Assembly (NCBI GenBank): GCA_963836235.1
Contig: CAWIIP010000002.1
Location: 1,120,001 to 1,184,000 of the forward strand
DNA from: an uncultured Pseudomonadota bacterium
Lineage (GTDB): Bacteria; Oederibacteriota; Muellerivitia; Muellerivitales; Muellerivitaceae
Length of the DNA stretch: 64,000 nucleotides
Reading direction: 5' to 3'
The notes under the pieces were generated by a model, which saw nothing but the letters and a program-made list of their open reading frames with translations, did no database searches and had not been told where the DNA came from. The first letter of the stretch is position 1, and each line of letters begins with the position of its first letter. Positions 50,534 to 58,753 of the stretch are shown piece after piece. The translations under genes were made by a program, and so were the position numbers.

Positions 50534-50560
50534 ATCATTCCGGAGTGTTCGAAAATCACT

Positions 50561-50685
50561 CTGGTCCCGGCTACCTTCGATGATCCTCGGCACACCCCTT
50601 TCCCCTTGGCGTTTTCCCTTTAATAACCTCATGGAAGAAATGGCTGAAAGTTGAGCATTAATAACTCATAATTGATTCAAATATT
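50561..50685 (+). repeat. Intergenic cassette repeat, copy 2
   Basis: ctggtcccggctaccttcgatgatcctcggcac...; 50631-50674 matches 49678-49721 at 41/44. Confidence 0.85.
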
Positions 50686-50703
50686 TAGGGGAAGGCATAA
50701 GTC

Positions 50704-51657
50704 ATGAACTTATTTATAGACACAAATATCTATTTAGACTTTTACCATTACACCGGTGAGACGCTAGAAGAATTAAAAAAACTTGTTGTTGCAATTGAAA
50801 CAAAAGCGATAAGACTATTTTTAACACCCCAAGTGTTAAATGAATTTAACCGTAATAGAGAATCGAAAATTGCAGATGCGATTAAACGATTTTCAGAACA
50901 AAAGTTGAACAATCAATTTCCTCAGATTTGTAAGGAATATAAAGAGTTTGAAAATTTAAAAATGGCAATTAAAGAATTCGAAGAAAGCAAAGATAAGATT
51001 CTGCAACAACTATACGAAGATATTAAAAACAGAACATTGGGAGCCGATAAAATCATTAACGAATTATTTAATAAATCCGAAAATATAAAGTGGACAACGG
51101 ATATTATTGCGGAATCTAAAATGAGAATGGATTTGGGAAATCCTCCCGGCAAGGATGGTTCCTATGGCGATGCTGTAAATTGGGAATTACTACTATCAGG
51201 CGTTCCTAACGAGGACTTATATTTCATAACAGACGATAAAGATTATATTTCAAAAATAAATGATAAAAACCTTGACCCGTATCTCGAAGGGGAATGGAAA
51301 TCAAAAAAGAATTCTGAAATAATTTTTTATAGACGTTTGTCCGAATTTTTTAGTAAAAAATATCCCCGTGTGAAAATGGCAAATCAAATGGAGTTAGACG
51401 GTGCTGTGGAGATGTTAATAAATAGCGGAAGTTTTTTTACAACTCATTCGGCTATTTCGAAATTAAACATTTTTGCAGATTATACAGATGATCAAGTAAA
51501 TGCAATTGTCAAAGCTAGTGTTGAAAATAGTCAAATATCCCTCATAAGGGAAGATTCTGATGTGAAAGAATTTTTAAAAATATTTGTAAAATCTTACGAA
51601 AATAAAATAGAACCTTCGTTGCTTCAAAGATTTCAACAACTGTATTTGTACCCTTAA
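50704..51657 (+). CDS. Stand-alone long PIN-domain protein
   Basis: 'LFIDTNIYLDFY', 'EFNRNR', 'SYGDAVNWE', 'FITDDKDY'. Confidence 0.85.
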   Translation: MNLFIDTNIYLDFYHYTGETLEELKKLVVAIETKAIRLFLTPQVLNEFNRNRESKIADAIKRFSEQKLNNQFPQICKEYKEFENLKMAIKEFEESKDKILQQLYEDIKNRTLGADKIINELFNKSENIKWTTDIIAESKMRMDLGNPPGKDGSYGDAVNWELLLSGVPNEDLYFITDDKDYISKINDKNLDPYLEGEWKSKKNSEIIFYRRLSEFFSKKYPRVKMANQMELDGAVEMLINSGSFFTTHSAISKLNIFADYTDDQVNAIVKASVENSQISLIREDSDVKEFLKIFVKSYENKIEPSLLQRFQQLYLYP

Positions 51658-51659
51658 TA

Positions 51660-51696
51660 GAAAATAGGAAAGCTTCCAAAACGCTATCCTATTTTC
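51660..51696. terminator. Hairpin after PIN gene
   Basis: gaaaatagga...tcctattttc. Confidence 0.55.
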
Positions 51697-51714
51697 AGGG
51701 GGAAGGCATTCCCT

Positions 51715-51746
51715 CTGGCCTCGGCCACCTTCGGCGATCCTCGGCA
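51715..51746 (+). repeat. Intergenic cassette repeat, copy 3 (5' core only)
   Basis: ctggcctcggccaccttcggcgatcctcggca. Confidence 0.8.
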
Positions 51747-51858
51747 TAGAAACTTTTCCCAAATTAACGTTGTCAATCATCTTGCTAATACCTAGACGAA
51801 ATATGGGTGCACCACTCTCGCCTGGAAATGGGCCGTAAATTCTGAGAAAAAAATACTT

Positions 51859-52830
51859 TTATGGTAATAAAGGTTGCTGGAAGAAAGGTTGCGGCATGAA
51901 CTGTACTTGGGGAACAGCTTTCATAAATCCAGTTCCCAGGTGGTTTTCAATTATTTTAAAACGACTAGAATTACTTAAAGCAAACATTAGGCAATGATGT
52001 ATTGTTAAAACTAAGTCTTGAAAATCTCCCGGCGTTTGGATGGTTTCATTCTCTATACTTTTGATTATCAATCCCATTTCTAAACATTCTTGTTCGTGAA
52101 TGTGACGGTCGTGTCCTTTGTTTCCTTTGAAATCTGTAAGCTTTGTGACAATATTTTTTGCTTTCTTTTTTGCATCTGGATCGCCCAAAAACATATTTTG
52201 CTCTAATTGTTCTTGGACAAATTCCTCTGAGCGGTCAATGGCATTTTGGCATTGATCCAAAAATGTGGGCATATATTTTCCAATAATCGATTGCCACATA
52301 CTAATTTTGCTTGGATCGTCTTTTACTTCTTTGCAAGCTCTCTCAAATTCTTGAATTACCCCATATGCAGGTATTCCTCTTAAGTGGGGATCTATTGGTC
52401 CTAAGTTGGAATGCTTGGCCATAAATATATCTTTGCAAGAACAAGCGATCATTGTTCCGGCGGACATAGCTATTTGCGGAATGATTGCCCGTATATTTTT
52501 ACCAAACATTTTATGTAAATAATCCACTATCGATTGAGTGGCAGAACTACTGCCACCAGGAGTATGAAGAAAAAGGTCTAACCCTTTTTCCCGTTCAAGC
52601 TTGTGAATCGCCACCATAAATCCATTTTTATCTTCATCTGAAATGCTCGAATCGATTTCTGGCTTTGATAGAAAACCGGAGTAATAAACAATAATATTGC
52701 GGTTAGTCAAATTATGAAGTTGGTTTAGATACTTTATTGTGATTTCTTTTAAAGCATTGGCGGGATTAGGGTTTTGAGGGTCAACAGGATAGGCTTTTAT
52801 CTCTTCAAATACTTCATTCCAATTTGGCAT
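51859..52830 (-). CDS. ClpP-fold serine protease (SDH_sah/S49-like)
   Basis: 'LFLHTPGG', 'AMSAGT', 'LGPIDP', 'GHDRHI'. Confidence 0.85.
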   Translation of the reverse strand: MPNWNEVFEEIKAYPVDPQNPNPANALKEITIKYLNQLHNLTNRNIIVYYSGFLSKPEIDSSISDEDKNGFMVAIHKLEREKGLDLFLHTPGGSSSATQSIVDYLHKMFGKNIRAIIPQIAMSAGTMIACSCKDIFMAKHSNLGPIDPHLRGIPAYGVIQEFERACKEVKDDPSKISMWQSIIGKYMPTFLDQCQNAIDRSEEFVQEQLEQNMFLGDPDAKKKAKNIVTKLTDFKGNKGHDRHIHEQECLEMGLIIKSIENETIQTPGDFQDLVLTIHHCLMFALSNSSRFKIIENHLGTGFMKAVPQVQFMPQPFFQQPLLP

Positions 52831-53025
52831 TTAGAAAGTGATCGCTTCTTCGCTATTTCCAAAGATTGCAATCGATTGTATGGGCTTATAGAGCGATGGT
52901 TGTTCTAAGGATTGATTTTCTGGCAATACGTTATATGGTTGGATATAGGTGGTTTTAAAAAACTCACGATATTGCTTTTCAAAATCAGTTTGAATTTTTT
53001 CTTTTTTCTCGTCTTCTTTGCTCAT
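52831..53025 (-). CDS. Small hypothetical protein directly upstream of the protease
   Basis: Strong RBS gaggaggt; stop abuts the protease ATG. Confidence 0.7.
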   Translation of the reverse strand: MSKEDEKKEKIQTDFEKQYREFFKTTYIQPYNVLPENQSLEQPSLYKPIQSIAIFGNSEEAITF

Positions 53026-53472
53026 GACCTAACCTCCTCACCAAAGTTAAGTTTTTCAACCGACGAATACTAGTATACCTATACTAAGTTTTCAATACTA
53101 GAAATCCCAAAGCCGACTTAATAGAATGCAAGATTTTGGGCAATTTATCACGGATTTTGCATATCACTTCGAAAGAGTCTCAAGTTCCTCCAACATAAAT
53201 TCAATTGGGACGCAAACCGGCTCTCGGGCGGCTATCGCCGTCGGGGTCGGTCGGCGCCTAAAAGCCAAAACGGGCCGGGCTTCGTTCCTCGCTGATCCGG
53301 CCGCACGGATGTTTTGGCTTTTCCCCCGATTCTGCTAAAAGAACACCGCACGACCCCTCGAATCCGATTTGCTATAACCAACACCTCTGTCTCTCCGTTT
53401 GGGCCCCCCAGATTTCGTGAGGGGGCCCACCCGGAGGGTGGCTCTCCTCAATTACGAACGCGGAGCCCAACC

Positions 53473-53958
53473 ATGAAAAAGGCCAGACAAGAGGAGTTGA
53501 GTTTTGAAGGGATGTTTAAGATACCCCCAACGGTTCCCCCGGTGAGCTGGGCGGAAGCCAGGTCAGACTATAAAAGGGGTCCAATAGTAGGTAGCCCCAA
53601 TGAAGCCACGGAATACTTTAAAAAGTATATCGGAGGTAAGAAAACCGAGGCCTTCCTGACAATGTACCTAGACCACCGGAATCATGTTTTGGACGTGGTT
53701 TTGAACCAGGAAGGGACCGTGGACCATACAGCCGTATATCCTCGTGAGGTCCTCAAGAAGGCCCTTGAATTGGAAGCTACAGGGATCATCTTTAGCCACA
53801 ATCACCCGGCCGGGAGCCTAGAGCCCTCCGAGGGCGATAAAGCCTTAACCCGCCAGATTTGCACCGCCGCTAGAGCCTTGGGAATCACGGTTCATGACCA
53901 TTTAATCGTGACCCATGAAGGCCATTTTTCCTTTAGACAAGCTGGGCTTCTGGCATAA
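53473..53958 (+). CDS. radC: RadC-like JAB domain protein (short form)
   Basis: 'EAF..MYLD..N', 'GTVDHTAVYPREV', 'HNHPAG..EPSEGD', 'DHLIV'. Confidence 0.9.
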   Translation: MKKARQEELSFEGMFKIPPTVPPVSWAEARSDYKRGPIVGSPNEATEYFKKYIGGKKTEAFLTMYLDHRNHVLDVVLNQEGTVDHTAVYPREVLKKALELEATGIIFSHNHPAGSLEPSEGDKALTRQICTAARALGITVHDHLIVTHEGHFSFRQAGLLA

Positions 53959-53974
53959 ACCTCCTGAAATTTAC

Positions 53975-54007
53975 GTAAAGTCCTGAAAGGGACTTTACTG
54001 TTTTTTT
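53975..54007 (+). terminator. Intrinsic terminator after radC
   Basis: gtaaagtcc-tgaaag-ggactttac followed by T7. Confidence 0.85.
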
Positions 54008-54100
54008 GTTGGGCCGTTCCCTCCCAAACCCTCCCCGAAATGCCTTTAAAACCTTTTCTTTAAGAACCCCAAACCCAATTGATTGTTGTTTGGCGGTTAG

Positions 54101-56257
54101 TTGGAAGAGGATAGAATTGGTCTGGTTCTAGGCCGTTTTGGGCATGCGTCAAAGTCTAAAAATAGGCCTTTCCTTGGGGAGATTAGTATTACAACGAAAG
54201 TATTTCCTATCGATATCAGCTCCAAACATTTGGACGATGTAAAGAAACTCGGGAAAAAGAATTCTTCTACCCTTGGGTTCTTCCCAGATGGAGCATTTGA
54301 GGACCATGCCAATCGTAAAAATATAATCGTTATTACCATAAAAGACGAATTCGCTGGTTACTTGTTGTATCGGATTTCGAACAATTCTGTAACGATTGTC
54401 CATCTTTGTTTAAGTGATAAGTTTCAGGGGAAAAATTTATCTAAAAATTTAATAGATCATTTGAAAAGTGAAATGACGATGTTTCGCGGTATCCGTTTGC
54501 TTTGCCGAAAAGATTACACAACTAATAAGATTTGGCCCAAACATGGTTTTATTCCAATTGGTGAAAAAAAGGGACGAGGGAAGGAAGAAAAAACACTGAC
54601 CTGTTGGTGGTTTGATCATGGCCACCCGACCCTATTTACTTTTGCCGCCGAAAAACAGATCGAAAACAAACGAATCGGTTTCGTTGATACAAACATTCTT
54701 ATCGATTGGTTTAATGACGAGAGCGAAGAATCTAAAGCTTTGTTGGCTGATTGGTTGAAGGATGAGTTGGAACTTTGTGTAGCCGATGAAATATTGAATG
54801 AGATAGACCGTTCTGAAGATGCAGAAAAAAGAAAAATTATGAAAGAACGAGCACATAACTTAACCAGGCCCCCTTTTTCAAAAGAACTCTTCAAAACCGT
54901 ATCGAAACGAATTCGGAAACATTTTCCTGCTGAAATGTCCGAAAGCGACCAATCAGATTTAAAACATTTAGCCCAATCAATTGTTGTTAATGCGGATTTT
55001 TTTATCACCAGAGATCAAAGGCTTTTGGATTGTTCGGATAAAATAAAAGAAGAACATTCAATGGAAATTCTTCGCCCTTCGGATTTAATTGTGAAACTGA
55101 ATGAATCAAATTATCATCCGGTGCGTTTAGCGGGAACCACCTTAAGTGTTAGAAATGTATTGAGCGGCGAACAAGAAACAATCTTTGATGAATTTCGGAG
55201 CCTGGCGGACAGAGAAACCAAGAGCGGCTTTTTGGAAAAACTCAGAATATACTTATCAAATCCCGCGAACATTGTATGTTCTGTTGTTTTAGATGACACC
55301 CAGAAGTTGGCCTTTTTTGTTTTAGATCGTTCTGACAGGAATAAACTTTCAGTAAAATTTTTGCGATTTAAAAAATCCAACCTAACTTCGACACTTTTAA
55401 GCCATGTCCTTTTTAATTTTTTAAGAATTTGCGTGAACGAAAACCGTTCCAGCATTGAAATTGCCGATTCGCTTTTATCTAGCGACATTCAAAAACAACT
55501 TATAAAAGATAAATTCATTAAACATGGCAAGCACTGGTTTAAGATTATTTTTGATTTTGTCGGTAATAAAAAACAGATTAATAAAAAGGTTCGAGAATTA
55601 ATTTCTGGGAAGTCCCTCGATTTTAAGATTTTTTCCGGTCACGATAAAATCCTAAAAAATCAAAAATTCTTTAAAAGCGCCGAAGCTATATTCGAATTAC
55701 AGAAAATATTTTGGCCGTTAAAAGTGAAAAGTTCTAAAACGAATTTTTATTTAGTTCCAATAAAGCCTGGCTGGGCAAAAGATTTATTTGACGAAAATAT
55801 TGCGCGCGAAGACCTTTTCGGAGCAAAAAAGGAATTGGCCATCAGCCGGGAACAAGTTTATTATCGAGCTTCAAGACCGTCTGGAATCAAAAGTCCGGGG
55901 GGCATTTTATGGTATGTGAGCGAAGATAAGGCATATAGTGGAACGAGTTGTGTTCGGGCCTTTTCGCAATTAGAATCCGTTGAAATTTCAAAACCCAAAG
56001 AGCTGTTTAAAAAATATGCTCGTCTTGGGATATATACTTGGGATGATGTTTTGAAAACTGCCAAAGGAAGCATTCAAAATGATGTTATGGCAATGAAGTT
56101 TTGTGATACCGAGCTTTTCAAAAATCCCATTCCATTGAAGCAACTAAAAGAGATATTTTCCAAGAAAAAAATTGGTCTTCAGGTGCAATCGCCTTTGAAG
56201 ATCTCCAACAAGTTATTTGTTGAAATCTATAACTTAGGGCACGGAAAAAATGGATAA
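54101..56257 (+). CDS. GNAT-PIN-(GNAT-like)-PUA/EVE-like multidomain protein
   Basis: GNAT 'AGYLLY..IVHLCL..FQGKNLS..W..HGF'; PIN 'FVDTNIL..DLKHLA..FITRD'; C-terminal 'VPIKP..VYYR..ILWYVS'; start uncertain. Confidence 0.75.
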   Translation: MEEDRIGLVLGRFGHASKSKNRPFLGEISITTKVFPIDISSKHLDDVKKLGKKNSSTLGFFPDGAFEDHANRKNIIVITIKDEFAGYLLYRISNNSVTIVHLCLSDKFQGKNLSKNLIDHLKSEMTMFRGIRLLCRKDYTTNKIWPKHGFIPIGEKKGRGKEEKTLTCWWFDHGHPTLFTFAAEKQIENKRIGFVDTNILIDWFNDESEESKALLADWLKDELELCVADEILNEIDRSEDAEKRKIMKERAHNLTRPPFSKELFKTVSKRIRKHFPAEMSESDQSDLKHLAQSIVVNADFFITRDQRLLDCSDKIKEEHSMEILRPSDLIVKLNESNYHPVRLAGTTLSVRNVLSGEQETIFDEFRSLADRETKSGFLEKLRIYLSNPANIVCSVVLDDTQKLAFFVLDRSDRNKLSVKFLRFKKSNLTSTLLSHVLFNFLRICVNENRSSIEIADSLLSSDIQKQLIKDKFIKHGKHWFKIIFDFVGNKKQINKKVRELISGKSLDFKIFSGHDKILKNQKFFKSAEAIFELQKIFWPLKVKSSKTNFYLVPIKPGWAKDLFDENIAREDLFGAKKELAISREQVYYRASRPSGIKSPGGILWYVSEDKAYSGTSCVRAFSQLESVEISKPKELFKKYARLGIYTWDDVLKTAKGSIQNDVMAMKFCDTELFKNPIPLKQLKEIFSKKKIGLQVQSPLKISNKLFVEIYNLGHGKNG

Positions 56258-56783
56258 AAATCAGGAAACAGAACGAGTTCTCCTTTTGTCAATAAAACCC
56301 AAGTATGCCGACAGGATATTTTCTGGGGACAAAAAGGTAGAACTTCGAAGAACCAAGCCCAAACTGAAAAAGGGCGATATTGTTGCGGTTTATGTTTCCG
56401 CTCCAGTGATGGCTTTATCCGGCCAATTTGAAGTGGAAGAGGTCATACAAGAATCACCGGAGAAGTTATGGTTTGAGATCCAAAACGAAGCGGGCGTAAC
56501 GAAGTCCGAATTTGAAGATTATTATCGGGGATCAAAAATGGCTTTCGGCATCAAATTTACAGATGTTAGGAATTTTCAATACCCGGTTTCGCTTTTCAAT
56601 TTACGAAAAACTTGGCTCGGATTCAGCCCACCACAAATTTACAGATATTTGCCAAGAAGTGAATACAAACTCGTTTTTTCACGTAAAGAACTGCTAACAC
56701 TTAGAATTACTCGAATTAAAACTTATCTGCTTTCTATTTTTTATAAACCGTTCTTCTTAAGGAAACAATCTTGGCTGAACTAA
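56250..56783 (+). CDS. ASCH domain protein
   Basis: 'LLSIKPKYADRIFSGDKKVELRR', 'VYVSAP', 'PPQIYRY'. Confidence 0.88.
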   Translation: MDKNQETERVLLLSIKPKYADRIFSGDKKVELRRTKPKLKKGDIVAVYVSAPVMALSGQFEVEEVIQESPEKLWFEIQNEAGVTKSEFEDYYRGSKMAFGIKFTDVRNFQYPVSLFNLRKTWLGFSPPQIYRYLPRSEYKLVFSRKELLTLRITRIKTYLLSIFYKPFFLRKQSWLN

Positions 56784-58753
56784 TCTGGGATGGAAAATAC
56801 AAAGATGGAAAAAAAGTAGCTCCAGTCCGAATTGCCCTGCCTTTTCAAACCATTGAGACTGTCAACGAAAGTACCCAAGATCGCCAAAAATCCCTTGATA
56901 TGTTTTCTGGAAACAGGGATGCCAGTTGGAAAAATCGCTTAATTTGGGGCGATAAAAAATATGTATTGCCTTCATTACTTCCGGAATTTTCGGGAAAAGT
57001 GAATCTTGTTTATATTGATCCCCCTTTTAATGTTGGCGCTGATTTTTCTTTTACTGCGGAAATACCTGATGAGCCCGATTCGGAAGAGGGAGAGCCAGCG
57101 CGATTTTTAAAAGAACCTAATGCTATCGAAGTAAAGGCGTACAGAGATACTTGGGGTGCCGGTCTTAATTCATATTTGGAGTGGTTTTATGAGACTGTTG
57201 TTTTGCTCAGAGAATTACTCTCCGAAAATGGCAGCATTTATGTTCACCTCGACTGGCATGTTGGACATTACGCTAAAGTGATCCTAGACGAGGTGTTTGG
57301 TATTGAGAGTTTTCAAAATCATATAACCTGGAAACGAAGCACTCCGAGGGGAAATGCTGGTAAAAAATATCCTGAATTAACCGACTATATTTTTTTCTAT
57401 TCTAAAACTCCAAATAACATTTGGAACGACCAATACACATCCTATCGTCCCGAGTATGTTGAAAAATATTATCAGTATAAAGACGAAAAAACAGGACGAT
57501 TTTTTCAACCAACTAGTCTGTTAGGGCACTCAGGAGTTAATCCTGTTTATGAATGGCGCGGATTAAAAAAACCGTGGAGGTATCCAAAACATCGATTAGA
57601 AGAATTGGATAAAGCTGGTTTGCTTTACTGGCCGGAAAGGGGAGATGTCCCAAGATTTAAAAGATTTTTAGACGAGCAGAAGGGGGTTCCTTTGCAATCG
57701 TTATGGGATGACATTCCGCCAGTAAACTCGCAAGCGTCGGAGGATACAAAATATTCGACTCAAAAGCCCGAAGCTTTGCTTGAACGAATTGTTAAAGCCT
57801 CATCGAATGAAAATGATTTGGTGGTGGATTGTTTTTGCGGAAGCGGCACAACTGTTTCGGTTTCAGAAAAACTTAAACGGCGTTGGATAACGTGCGATTT
57901 AGGACGTTATTCCATTCATACCGCTCGTAAGCGTCTTTTATCCATCCCGGATGTAACTCCGTTTGTTATCCAAAATCTTGGGAAATATGAGCGTCAAGCT
58001 TGGCAAGTTGCCGAGTTTCCAGAACCAGGAAAGCAAGTTGAAAAGGAATTGAAATATCGAAAGTTTATTTTGGATTTGTACAAAGCAGAACCCATTGCAG
58101 GGTTCACTTGGCTTCATGGCATCAAAAAGGATCGAATGGTTCACGTTGGCGCAGTTGATTCGCCGGTCACTTTGGCGGATGTAAAAGCTATTGCGGCAGA
58201 GACTTGGAAATCAGTTGGTAAAGGCAAGGATTCACCCAAGAAGGCAGGAGTAGATATTCTTGGATGGGACTTTGCCTTGGAAGTGAACGAAATTTCAAAA
58301 CAAATAGCTGCTGAATCCGGCGTTGAAGTTCACTTCAAAGTCATTCCTCGTGAAGTCCTCGAAAAGAAAGCTGTGGAGCAAGGTGACATCAAGTTTTTTG
58401 AGTTGGCTTCTTTGGCTGTGGATATCAAACCTAGTGGTTTGGAAGTAACCGCCAACTTAATGGATTTCGTTATACCCCCTAATGACGTTCCGGAAGATGT
58501 CCAGAAGGCTATTAAGCATTGGTCCCAATGGATTGACTATTGGGCTATAGATTGGGATTACAAAAATGATACTTTTCACAATGAATGGCAAAGTTATAGG
58601 TCTCGCCAAAACCAGAATTTAGATTTAACCACTATCCATTGCTATGAAACTCCAGGAGACTACCAAGTAGTCGTAAAGGTCATCGATATTCTCGGCAACG
58701 ACACCACCAAGCTTTTGAAAGTCCAGGTTTCCGATGCCAAAAAGAAAAAGTAA
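56771..58753 (+). CDS. mod: Type III R-M methyltransferase (Mod)
   Basis: 'NRLIWGD', 'YIDPPF', 'TQKPEALL', 'DCFCGSGTT' (beta-class order). Confidence 0.88.
   Translation: MAELIWDGKYKDGKKVAPVRIALPFQTIETVNESTQDRQKSLDMFSGNRDASWKNRLIWGDKKYVLPSLLPEFSGKVNLVYIDPPFNVGADFSFTAEIPDEPDSEEGEPARFLKEPNAIEVKAYRDTWGAGLNSYLEWFYETVVLLRELLSENGSIYVHLDWHVGHYAKVILDEVFGIESFQNHITWKRSTPRGNAGKKYPELTDYIFFYSKTPNNIWNDQYTSYRPEYVEKYYQYKDEKTGRFFQPTSLLGHSGVNPVYEWRGLKKPWRYPKHRLEELDKAGLLYWPERGDVPRFKRFLDEQKGVPLQSLWDDIPPVNSQASEDTKYSTQKPEALLERIVKASSNENDLVVDCFCGSGTTVSVSEKLKRRWITCDLGRYSIHTARKRLLSIPDVTPFVIQNLGKYERQAWQVAEFPEPGKQVEKELKYRKFILDLYKAEPIAGFTWLHGIKKDRMVHVGAVDSPVTLADVKAIAAETWKSVGKGKDSPKKAGVDILGWDFALEVNEISKQIAAESGVEVHFKVIPREVLEKKAVEQGDIKFFELASLAVDIKPSGLEVTANLMDFVIPPNDVPEDVQKAIKHWSQWIDYWAIDWDYKNDTFHNEWQSYRSRQNQNLDLTTIHCYETPGDYQVVVKVIDILGNDTTKLLKVQVSDAKKKK

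Noticed and set aside
49600-51746. Integron attC sites or CRISPR repeats
   Set aside because: No RYYYAAC/GTTRRRY boxes, no intI or cas genes, and spacing is gene-sized
53314-53472. 5' extension of radC (214 aa call)
   Set aside because: Runs through hairpin-rich DNA; ATG 53473 with RBS ggag gives a typical short RadC
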